Shown one piece after another: positions 40,509 to 49,236 of a stretch of DNA of 59,337 bases. Location of the stretch: assembly GCA_964632485.1 (NCBI GenBank), contig CAZWDO010000006.1, positions 186,001 to 245,337 on the forward strand, in the 5' to 3' direction. Every line of letters starts with the position of its first letter. Position 1 is the stretch's first letter. The DNA is from an uncultured bacterium. Lineage in GTDB: Bacteria; JAGOEH01. The notes under the pieces were generated by a model. It saw nothing but the letters and a program-made list of their open reading frames with translations. It had not been told where the DNA came from and did no database searches. A program made the position numbers and the translations under genes.

Positions 40509-41153
40509 ATGAGTATGAATAGAATTTTAACAATAGTTGGTTTGTTACTGTTTGTCTGTGGGTCAGCCCCGGCAAAACCGTTGGGCAATTGGAGTGTTTC
40601 CGGCTATGGAATTTACTCGATTCCGACGGGTAATTTGGCGGATTGGTTTCAGCCAAGTCCCAATTTCGGATTGACTCTGGGTCAGAAAACAACAGAAAAG
40701 TGGACCATGGAAGGCGTTGCTGAATATAGTAGCTATGACCGTGAAAATCTTGAGGGATATCCTAAGGATAAACTGGAATTGAAATTAACCCATTGGATGG
40801 TAGGTTTGCAAGGCAAATACGAGTTGGCTCAATGGAGCTCCATAACCCCCTACTATTTGTTGGGTGGAGGCGTTTACAACTGGGAGGGAATACGCGGCGA
40901 TATTGAAGCCGATTCGACGATCGATTTGCTGTTTATTGCTGAACGCCGTCTGCAGGAGACCAACTGGGGGGCTTATACAGGCCTAGGTGTGGAATGGGCG
41001 ATGACGCCGACGCTGTCAATTGAAGCGCATGGCCGCTATCGATTTGTTGTGGGAGATTTATGGCCGACGATGCAGCCCCATATTGAACTGGAAGGCGTGT
41101 CAGGTTTCCAGACCTTGAATGTCGGTATTTCCCTGCGCTACTATTTGAAATAG
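40509..41153 (+). CDS. Outer-membrane beta-barrel (OmpA-like/porin family) protein
   Basis: PYYLLGGG, WGAYTGLGVEW, NVGISLRYYL motifs. Confidence 0.75.
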   Translation: MSMNRILTIVGLLLFVCGSAPAKPLGNWSVSGYGIYSIPTGNLADWFQPSPNFGLTLGQKTTEKWTMEGVAEYSSYDRENLEGYPKDKLELKLTHWMVGLQGKYELAQWSSITPYYLLGGGVYNWEGIRGDIEADSTIDLLFIAERRLQETNWGAYTGLGVEWAMTPTLSIEAHGRYRFVVGDLWPTMQPHIELEGVSGFQTLNVGISLRYYLK

Positions 41154-41334
41154 AATTTATACGATGATAAACCGAAAACCGGGCAAAATCAATGTGGAAA
41201 CTCCGTTTTTGCCCCGGCCGCGGTTAGGCAATGAAAACCGTGAGGGGTGTAATGTCATTTATGCCGCGTTCCTGTACGGTAATTTATAATAGTGTGTGAA
41301 AAACTCATAAAAAACAAAACGCACGGGAGGCCCT

Positions 41335-43308
41335 ATGCGCAAATTAATGTTTGGCTTATTTATGCTGGCAATGGTCGCGCAAAGTTTTGCGCAGTTTGAA
41401 TTAAACTGGAAAAAATCCAGCTATCTGAATACGACTGACCATGTCCGCAGCGTCGCTTATAATCCCATCACCGATCATCTCCTGATCGCGTCCCGCAATG
41501 GCGGACAGAATATTTTTATTCTTGATCCGGCGACTGGCGATTCACTCGGCGCTTGTATTATGGATACTGCCATTGTTAAAGGCGGTACCTATCATATCAA
41601 CCAGGTCAGTGTTGCTGATGATGGAACGATCTATCTGTGTAATCTATCGGCCCCTCAGTATTCCCCGGGTTCGACCTTAAAAATTTATCGTTGGGATAAT
41701 GAAACTGCCAGTCCGGTTCTCCTTTTCAGCGATGAACTGGGTGGTTTGCGCTTCGGTGATTCATTTTACGCATCAGGTTCCGGTAGTGAAAAGTACCTCT
41801 ATTGTTCCGGTATGGGCAGTGATCAGGTAGCGGTCCTTAAGGATAATAATAGCGGTAGTTTGGAGTTTATCACCTACGTTACCTTACCCTATCCCGGTGG
41901 AGCCCGTCATACAATTTCGGTGGTTACCGCTGGGGGCGATTTCTGGTGTAAAGGCGACGACAGCAGTCATCCACCGGCGCTATTAATGACCGTTAACGGA
42001 TTGGTCAAGGCCGAATGCCCGGATACCTTGATCGCCCGCGGCGCTTCCGGGGTATGCTATGTGAATATGAATACAACAAATATCGTTTTCTCGGCTTCAG
42101 CGCCAAATGGTTCAAATCCGATCGTTCGCGCCACCAAATATGCTGAAGATGAATTAGGCGTACTCAATTTCAATTATTGCGGCAACCCCAGCGATTCTCT
42201 GTTATTGTTTGGAAGCACTGGTTTAAATCCGAATATGAATTCCACGACTGCATTGACTTATGATTATCGACGGCATAGTGTGGTAGCGGTTATCGGAAAT
42301 AATTGCTTGGCTTCGCTGAGCGTCAATGAAGTATTCCGCGCTTCCACCCCGCGTATCGATACCCTCTATCCGGGTTCGGTCATCATTGATGGCGAGATGG
42401 ATTTCTTTCCTTCGGATTATGTGTCCCAAAGTAATGAACGCAAGATCTATCTGACCTGGTCCAATTCGAAATTTTTTGCCGGGATTACCGGGCCGACCTT
42501 GATCGGCGCTAATAATATGAACTATTTATATGTGGCGTTTGATACCGATCCCACACCGGGAGTTGGTAATGCGCTGCCTCCGTCAACCGATGGTGGAATT
42601 ACCCAGTTGCCCTTTAATGCGGATGTCGTTTTGGAGATTGAACCCTGGAACGCTGCCGGTCCAATGGTCGGCAAGATTTATAAAGCGTCGCAGGGAACAT
42701 GGAGTTCAACCGATTTCGATGGCGAAACGGCTGCCCAGGGCGCATTGGCCTGGTCGGAAACCGCTCCGCTGGAACTCACCGAAATTGCCGCCATTCGAGA
42801 TGATATCTGCCTGGGACGGAATCTGGGACAAATCGGCGTGGTCGCCTATATGGTCAATCGCGATGCCGATACCCTCGTCTGCGCCTTTCCCTCCACTAAT
42901 GCAACGGGCGCTGTTCAAAATCTGAATTATTATTTTCAAATTGATAGTTTGGGAAGTAATATGTTCCCGGCTGATACCCAATTCGTCAAAGTACGCCAGG
43001 GAAATCCGGTGGGTATTTGCCAATCGCAGGAACAACTCAAAGGGCGGTGTAGTTTGGCCGCTAATTTCCCCAATCCGTTCAACCCCTCCACGACTATCGA
43101 ATTTACCATGACCCAACGCGGACATGCCGAGATTCAAGTCTATGATATCCTTGGCAATCACGTTAGTTCTCTGCTCGATAAAACCCTGGCCGCCGGTGCG
43201 CATCAAATCATCTTTGATGGCTCCACATTATCCTCTGGCGTCTATTTTTATCGTTTGAAAATTGACGGTACGGTGATCGGTACACAAAAAATGGCGCTCT
43301 TGAAATAA
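41335..43308 (+). CDS. Secreted beta-propeller-like protein (DUF4623-like) with T9SS type A CTD
   Basis: Signal peptide; RSVAYNP..DHLLIASR, VADDGTIYLCNL, KIYRW; CTD NFPNPFNPSTTIEF...YDILG...SSGVYFYRL...KMALLK. Confidence 0.75.
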   Translation: MRKLMFGLFMLAMVAQSFAQFELNWKKSSYLNTTDHVRSVAYNPITDHLLIASRNGGQNIFILDPATGDSLGACIMDTAIVKGGTYHINQVSVADDGTIYLCNLSAPQYSPGSTLKIYRWDNETASPVLLFSDELGGLRFGDSFYASGSGSEKYLYCSGMGSDQVAVLKDNNSGSLEFITYVTLPYPGGARHTISVVTAGGDFWCKGDDSSHPPALLMTVNGLVKAECPDTLIARGASGVCYVNMNTTNIVFSASAPNGSNPIVRATKYAEDELGVLNFNYCGNPSDSLLLFGSTGLNPNMNSTTALTYDYRRHSVVAVIGNNCLASLSVNEVFRASTPRIDTLYPGSVIIDGEMDFFPSDYVSQSNERKIYLTWSNSKFFAGITGPTLIGANNMNYLYVAFDTDPTPGVGNALPPSTDGGITQLPFNADVVLEIEPWNAAGPMVGKIYKASQGTWSSTDFDGETAAQGALAWSETAPLELTEIAAIRDDICLGRNLGQIGVVAYMVNRDADTLVCAFPSTNATGAVQNLNYYFQIDSLGSNMFPADTQFVKVRQGNPVGICQSQEQLKGRCSLAANFPNPFNPSTTIEFTMTQRGHAEIQVYDILGNHVSSLLDKTLAAGAHQIIFDGSTLSSGVYFYRLKIDGTVIGTQKMALLK

Positions 43309-43328
43309 TACAATTATTGTGATAATGT

Positions 43329-43366
43329 AAAAAAGCAGGATGGGCCTTCCCTCCTGCTTTTTTTTT
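43329..43366 (+). terminator. Intrinsic terminator
   Basis: AAAAAAGCAGGA...TCCTGC followed by a long T run. Confidence 0.75.
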
Positions 43367-43396
43367 AATTCTTGGATTTAGCGCTTGCGGTCTTTT

Positions 43397-43470
43397 CCCT
43401 TCGCCCTTGGGGAGAGGGTTTTCAACATTTCTCCTCGCCCACTTGTGGGAGAGGGTAGGGTGAGGGTCTT
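43397..43470. repeat. GC-rich palindromic intergenic repeat (CCTCGCCC...GGGAGAGGGTAGGGTGAGGG type), one partial and one full copy
   Basis: Near-identical copy at 56335-56375. Confidence 0.7.
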
Positions 43471-43499
43471 TTAAAGAATTTTCCAAAGGAGTTCCAAAT

Positions 43500-45353
43500 A
43501 TGAAACGAATTGTTAGCGTTGTCCTGCTGTTATGGGTGGCGGTCAGTTTCGCCCAGAATCCCGAACTGCGGGGAGTATGGTTCGCCTGGGCCGGTGGATC
43601 TATTCCCTCCAAGACGACGATAGCCACTTATATGGACTCCTTGGCCCACAATGGAATCAATACAGTGTTTGTGGATGTATGGCGTTATGGATTTCCTTAT
43701 TATAAAAGTGATGTCTTTTACCAGTTGACCGGCAAAAGGACCGATGAACGCAATGTGGGTAGTCGTGATGTGCTGGAAGATATGATCGCTGAAGCCCATC
43801 GCAATCAAATGGAAGTTGTGGCATGGTTTGAGTGGGGATTTGCGGTATCGATCGGCAGTAATGACGATATATTCCGCGCCCGGCCGGATTGGTTTGCCAA
43901 AACCATGAGCGGTAGCGTGGATTTCACCAGCAGCGAAGGCGCGGTCTATAAATGGCTGAGCCATTGCAATCGGGAAGCGCAACAATTTATGATCGATTTA
44001 TGTAAGGAAGTGATTATCAAATACGATATCGACGGCATCGAATTAGACCGCATCCGTTATCCACAGCTCGACTGTGGCTACGATTCGGCGACTATCGCGC
44101 TGTATCAGAGTGAACATGACGGCGCCTCGCCGCCTTACTCCCTCACCGATTCCTTTTGGAAAGCCTGGCGCGCGGAGAAATTGACCGATTTCATGCGCAT
44201 GGTTTACGACACCCTCAAAACCCTCAACCCCAATATCCACGTCAGCAATGCCCCGATTCAATACCGCTATGGATTCGATAATTTTTGTCAGGATTGGCGC
44301 CCCTGGATTAATGAAGGGTATCTGGATTTTGTGTCTCCTCAAGTATATTGGCTGACCAATCAACAGTATTTGAACGAACTTAATGGTCAGTTAGCGCATA
44401 TCCAGAATGCTTCGTTATGCTATCCCGGTATTACCGCCACTGCTAACGGCCAGTCGGTAGCCACTTCCGAGTTGGTGGCGATGATCCGCTCCACGCGCAG
44501 TCGCGGATTGAACGGTCACGTGATCTGGTATCATGCCGCGGTTTTGGACGATCTGCCGACGCTTAAACAGGAAGTGTACCAGCAAAGGGTCACAATCCCC
44601 GGGCGTTCGGAGGAATGGCGACAACCGCCTCTGATTACGCTGGAAGACGATACGCTCATGACGCAGATGTCCACTAACTGGAAAGCGTATAGCGGTATTT
44701 CAGGTTATAAGGGCGGCTGCTATTATACTGACGTCAGCGACTCTGCCTGGGTTGAATATCAGGTGGATATCCCCTGTGCCGGATGGTATGAAATCTATCC
44801 GTTTTTAATCACTCATTATAAAGCGCATACAGAAGCTCCATATATTGTCACTCATGCCTATGGCATCGATACCCTCCGGGTCGATCAATCCAATGGAGAC
44901 CGCCAACGCTGGTTCCATTTGGGCGATTACTATTTTAATACCGGTGAACAGGCCATCCTGAGAATAACAAGCCAGGATTTGAAAAGCGGATATTATCTAT
45001 TTACGGATGCATTGATGCTTTTAAATACCAATCGATTGCGCGATTCAACCCAGGTAATCGCAGCGGAATCTGCCGATCGACGGCCCGTCTCCGCCGCCAT
45101 TGATGGCAAGCTTTTCCCCAATCCAGCTAAAGATTTATTGAATATTCAAATTTCATTGGCTGTTAGTACCGACGGGTCTTTTGAATTGTATGATTTAAAC
45201 GGCCGTTGTGTTCAAAAGAAGGTCTTTCAGGTATTGAGCGCAGGAACCAGCGCCGTCTCGCTGCCCGTCTCGGATCTGCCGAATGGCATTTATATTTATC
45301 GTTTAACCGGGGGCGGAGGCGCAAAAACCGGGCGAGTGGCCATCATTCGCTAA
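43500..45353 (+). CDS. GHL10 (DUF187, DigH/YngK-like) glycoside hydrolase with golvesin-like domain and T9SS CTD
   Basis: ELRGVW, AWFEWG, YDIDGIELDRIRYP, QDWRPWI, PQVYW; C-terminal FPNPAKD...NGIYIYRL. Confidence 0.85.
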   Translation: MKRIVSVVLLLWVAVSFAQNPELRGVWFAWAGGSIPSKTTIATYMDSLAHNGINTVFVDVWRYGFPYYKSDVFYQLTGKRTDERNVGSRDVLEDMIAEAHRNQMEVVAWFEWGFAVSIGSNDDIFRARPDWFAKTMSGSVDFTSSEGAVYKWLSHCNREAQQFMIDLCKEVIIKYDIDGIELDRIRYPQLDCGYDSATIALYQSEHDGASPPYSLTDSFWKAWRAEKLTDFMRMVYDTLKTLNPNIHVSNAPIQYRYGFDNFCQDWRPWINEGYLDFVSPQVYWLTNQQYLNELNGQLAHIQNASLCYPGITATANGQSVATSELVAMIRSTRSRGLNGHVIWYHAAVLDDLPTLKQEVYQQRVTIPGRSEEWRQPPLITLEDDTLMTQMSTNWKAYSGISGYKGGCYYTDVSDSAWVEYQVDIPCAGWYEIYPFLITHYKAHTEAPYIVTHAYGIDTLRVDQSNGDRQRWFHLGDYYFNTGEQAILRITSQDLKSGYYLFTDALMLLNTNRLRDSTQVIAAESADRRPVSAAIDGKLFPNPAKDLLNIQISLAVSTDGSFELYDLNGRCVQKKVFQVLSAGTSAVSLPVSDLPNGIYIYRLTGGGGAKTGRVAIIR

Positions 45354-45401
45354 AAAAATGAGAGATATTTCCTGCGCAGACAGGAACCTGTTTTGTCCGC
45401 C

Positions 45402-45721
45402 GTCATTCCGGGCTCACTTCTCTGTCATTCCGGGCTTGACCCGGAATCCAGTCTCCTCTTCGTCATTCCGGGCTTGACCCGGAATCCAGTCTCCTCTTCG
45501 TCATTCCGGGCATGACCCGGAATCCAGTCTCCTCTTCGTCATTCCGGGCTTAACCCGGAATCCAGTCTTTTACCCATCGATGCCGGATCAGTGTTCGGCA
45601 TGACACTGCTAACTCTGTCATTCCGGGCATGACCCGGAATCCAGTCTCCTCTTCGTCATTCCGGGCTTAACCCGGAATCCAGTCTTTTACCCATCGATGC
45701 CGGATCAGTGTTCGGCATGAC
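45402..45721. repeat. REP/BIME-like array of GTCATTCCGGGC(T/A)T(G/A)ACCCGGAATCCAG units
   Basis: Forward units at 45424, 45462, 45500, 45538, 45617, 45655 (38-bp period), partial at 45402, inverted variants ending at 45604 and 45721; 45500-45604 duplicated exactly at 45617-45721. Confidence 0.9.
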
Positions 45722-45777
45722 CAGGAACGCTATAACGATTGTATGAACAATAAAATCAAACACAACAGGAGGCATCC

Positions 45778-47505
45778 ATGAAACGATGGATTTCAATACT
45801 CTGTTTCTGGGCGGCTGTCGCTTATGCCCAGAGTTTCGAGTGGACGGATATCAGTAGCCAGCATAGTCAATTACCGGCCAGCGTAAAAATATTCGCCGGT
45901 ATTGATACGACCCTTCCGGTAAAAGCCTGGTATTTGGATGTGGACATGAATGATACCCTGGTGGCGGTTCGACCCTATTTATCGACCATTACCGCCAAAA
46001 AAGAAGGAGTTTCGACCTTTTGCCGCCGCATGGGCGCTTACGCCGCGGTCAATGGCGGTTATTTCGATATTGGCGCTTCCGGCGCTTCCTATTCCGCTGT
46101 TGTTTACCCGGACGAAGTATTGGCTAAAAATGTCAGTCCATTGACGCGTAATAGCAAAAGCTATCCCGTTACCCGCGCATTTATGGGGTTCGATACTCTG
46201 CTGCAACCCGCTGCAAACTGGATTTATCATTTTGGTAATAACGTTGAAGATATTTATACCTTTGCTGATCCCTTGCCCAATCATGAAGGAGCAAATCCTG
46301 TTGCGACACCTACTACCGCGGATGGTACGCCTTATTCGGATCTGTATATGGGATTGGGCGGCGGTCCCATGCTGATCAAGGGCGACACGATCCGAATCAC
46401 CTATGATGAAGAAGTATTCTGGGGCTCGGGCGTTGGATTGACGAACCGCGATCCGCGTACCGCCATTGGCTACACTGACGATAACCATCTAATCCTCTTT
46501 GTGGTGGACGGTCGCCAAACTGCCAGTACAGGGCTGAGTTTACCCGAACTGGCCCAGGTAATGCGTGATCTGGGATGTTATGAAGCCATTAATCTCGACG
46601 GTGGCGGGTCTTCCCAGATAGCGGTTGACAACCAGTTGATCAATCGCCCGGAAGGGGGTACCTATATGCGGCCGGTGCCCACTATTTGGGCTGTTGTGCA
46701 TCGTGATTCCCTGCCTGAAATTCCGGTTGTCGAGGAACCGCTGGAGGAGAAAATTGTCGATACCGGAACCAATGCCCCCGATACCGGCTACACGGTCGAA
46801 GTCGGAAGCGGCTGGATTGAAACCGCCAATAGCGGTTTTTGGGGAACCACCAAATCAAAACTCAATGCCAAAGGGAGTGGTGAAAATCAGTATGTGTTCA
46901 AACCGGTGCTGGCTACAACCGGGCAATTTGATCTCTACGGATGGTGGGTAGCTGCGCCCAATCGTTGCACCGATACTCGTATCCTGGTTGTTCACAATCA
47001 AACAATCGATACGGTTCAAGCCAACCAAACCCAAAATCATGGCCAATGGGTAAAACTTGGAACGTTCGGTTTTACCGCAGGAGATAGTTCATCGGCTGTG
47101 ATTGTTACCAATTATGCCCCTAATAGCGGTTCAACCAATATGTATGTCGTTGCCGATGCGTTTCGTTGGGTCGCTTTGGATCCATCTCCCGTAACGGAAG
47201 ACGGACCTGTAAAACCTGTCAGGGGCGGATTCGAACTAAACGCTCCTTATCCCAATCCCTTCAACAATCAATTGAAAATTTGCTACACCGTCAGCGAATC
47301 TGGTAATTACTCATTGCAGGTCCTTAATCTGATGGGCCAGGTCGTAGCGCAACCGAAAGCGAGCGAATACCATTCAGTTGGCAAGTATGAGTATATATGG
47401 AGTGGTAAAAATGGCGCCAACCAACCTTGCGCCGGCGGTATTTACTTCATTCGTCTGAATGACGGGGTCAGTTCGCAAATGCAACGGGTAGTATTGCTGC
47501 ATTGA
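45778..47505 (+). CDS. Phosphodiester glycosidase (NAGPA family) with golvesin-like domain and T9SS CTD
   Basis: AVNGGYF, GGGPML, RDPRTAIG, VVDGRQ, AINLDGGGSS; C-terminal YPNPFN...GGIYFIRL. Confidence 0.88.
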   Translation: MKRWISILCFWAAVAYAQSFEWTDISSQHSQLPASVKIFAGIDTTLPVKAWYLDVDMNDTLVAVRPYLSTITAKKEGVSTFCRRMGAYAAVNGGYFDIGASGASYSAVVYPDEVLAKNVSPLTRNSKSYPVTRAFMGFDTLLQPAANWIYHFGNNVEDIYTFADPLPNHEGANPVATPTTADGTPYSDLYMGLGGGPMLIKGDTIRITYDEEVFWGSGVGLTNRDPRTAIGYTDDNHLILFVVDGRQTASTGLSLPELAQVMRDLGCYEAINLDGGGSSQIAVDNQLINRPEGGTYMRPVPTIWAVVHRDSLPEIPVVEEPLEEKIVDTGTNAPDTGYTVEVGSGWIETANSGFWGTTKSKLNAKGSGENQYVFKPVLATTGQFDLYGWWVAAPNRCTDTRILVVHNQTIDTVQANQTQNHGQWVKLGTFGFTAGDSSSAVIVTNYAPNSGSTNMYVVADAFRWVALDPSPVTEDGPVKPVRGGFELNAPYPNPFNNQLKICYTVSESGNYSLQVLNLMGQVVAQPKASEYHSVGKYEYIWSGKNGANQPCAGGIYFIRLNDGVSSQMQRVVLLH

Positions 47506-47735
47506 TCACTATATTGCGTATGGCCTGTCAATTTGCTGTTCCGGATACCGGTTTTAAGCAATGATGTTTTTTATACCTTTGTCTCGCAAAACGATAAACC
47601 GGATATGCAGGCTTGATAATCTAAAGGCCGGGAAATGGATATTGAAATGATAACGTCGCAAGGTTTTATATGCGCTATTAACAGGGAACGCCGCGATAAT
47701 CGGGGCGATCCGGAAACGATAGAAAGCGAGAGAAT

Positions 47736-49223
47736 ATGGAGATAATGCAATTTATTTTGATTTTAATGATCTTTCTGATCATGGCGTTGGCAATGTTTTT
47801 TCGCAAGATTCCGGCGTTGCTGGCTCTCCCGTTAATGGCGTTTTTAATCCCACTGGTTGGCGGAGTTCCTTTGAAAGTGATCATTGAGGCAGTGATCGGT
47901 GAAGGCGCCGTTAAACTGCATACCGCTTATACCATCGCCCTGTTCGGGAGTATGCTCAGCGTATTGCTGCAAAAAACTGGTGTTGCCGAGAGTTTCATTA
48001 AAAAGGGCGCTGAACTTTCCGGGGACAACCCCTGGATCATCGGTTTCATCATGCTGATCCTGATCATGCTGCTCTTTACTACACTGGGCGGACTGGGAGC
48101 CATCATTATGGTCGCGACCGTTGTTCTTCCAGTTATGTCCTCAGTGGGAATCGGACCCATGACCATCGTGGGGATTTTCCTGATTGGCTTGAGTATGGGA
48201 GGAATCGTGAATGTGGGCAATTGGGCGGTCTATAAGGAAGTTTTGGGACTTTCCATGGATGAAATTCTAAGTTTTGCCTTACCGATGTTCGGCCTGACGT
48301 TTATTATGGGTATGATCTATATCAGTGTTCAGATTTTCCGGGACGGTTATGATCTTAAATTCAAGCGTCTGCTATATATATTTGGCGGAATGGTAGTCGC
48401 AGGTGGGGCATTGGCCGTTTTTACCCCTAGCGGTTTTCTGACTGGATTTTTTTCCATGCTGGGCGAAATTGCTACGACTGCGCTGGTGGGATTAGACTGG
48501 TTTTTTACCGCTTTTATGGGTGTATTGGTGATAGTTGTATTTTTCCGACTTTGTCGGCGACCCTGGCAAGAAGGAAAAAAATATTCTATTCATTGGACCT
48601 CCTATTTCACCCCGATTATCCCGTTACTGCTGATCCTGATTTTTAAAATGAATTTTGTAGCCGCCTTTATTTGCGGTCTAGTTTATGGATTTATCAGCAC
48701 ATATCGTCCGGGACATCTTAATCTTTTTATCCGTTCGGCTTTTGAGGGCGGAGGCGTGGTGATGCCGGCAGTCGCGCTTATGTTCGGCATCGGTATGCTG
48801 CTTAATGCGATCATGGGTCCTGGCCATGCCATCGACGGCTATCCGCAATTGGCGCAATGGCCGGTACTGGGTATTTTAAAACCATTGATGGTACACGTAG
48901 TGCCATCGAACGCCCTGACGTATGTCCTCACGTTTTGTCTGGCCGCTCCTCTGGCGCTTTACCGCGGTCCGCTGAATGTCTGGGGCATGGGTTACGGATT
49001 GGCAGCCGTTATGATTGCCGCTGGCATCCAGCCCGGCGCCGTGATGGGCGTATTGATGTCCGTGGGGCAAGTGCAGGGTATCTCCGATCCCACTAATACT
49101 CACAATGTCTGGTTAGCCAATGAGATGCAGCAGGATGTGCAAAAAATACTCTGGAATACCCTTCCTTATACGTGGGCCGTTGCGCTGGCTGGTCTTATTG
49201 TCGCCGCATTTTTATACTACTAA
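47736..49223 (+). CDS. Secondary transporter (IT superfamily, GntP/citrate-like)
   Basis: About 13 hydrophobic segments; [51 protein letters not shown]. Confidence 0.75.
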   Translation: MEIMQFILILMIFLIMALAMFFRKIPALLALPLMAFLIPLVGGVPLKVIIEAVIGEGAVKLHTAYTIALFGSMLSVLLQKTGVAESFIKKGAELSGDNPWIIGFIMLILIMLLFTTLGGLGAIIMVATVVLPVMSSVGIGPMTIVGIFLIGLSMGGIVNVGNWAVYKEVLGLSMDEILSFALPMFGLTFIMGMIYISVQIFRDGYDLKFKRLLYIFGGMVVAGGALAVFTPSGFLTGFFSMLGEIATTALVGLDWFFTAFMGVLVIVVFFRLCRRPWQEGKKYSIHWTSYFTPIIPLLLILIFKMNFVAAFICGLVYGFISTYRPGHLNLFIRSAFEGGGVVMPAVALMFGIGMLLNAIMGPGHAIDGYPQLAQWPVLGILKPLMVHVVPSNALTYVLTFCLAAPLALYRGPLNVWGMGYGLAAVMIAAGIQPGAVMGVLMSVGQVQGISDPTNTHNVWLANEMQQDVQKILWNTLPYTWAVALAGLIVAAFLYY

Positions 49224-49236
49224 TAAAGGAAAATTT

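Noticed and set aside
41160-41330. Hairpin with GGGCAAAA suggesting a c-di-GMP-I riboswitch
   Set aside because: Lacks the GAAA-tetraloop/receptor and second-stem consensus; probably a simple stem-loop.
45402-45721. Possible CRISPR array
   Set aside because: Inter-repeat segments are about 10 bp and identical rather than unique 30-40 bp spacers; inverted copies are present; no cas genes.
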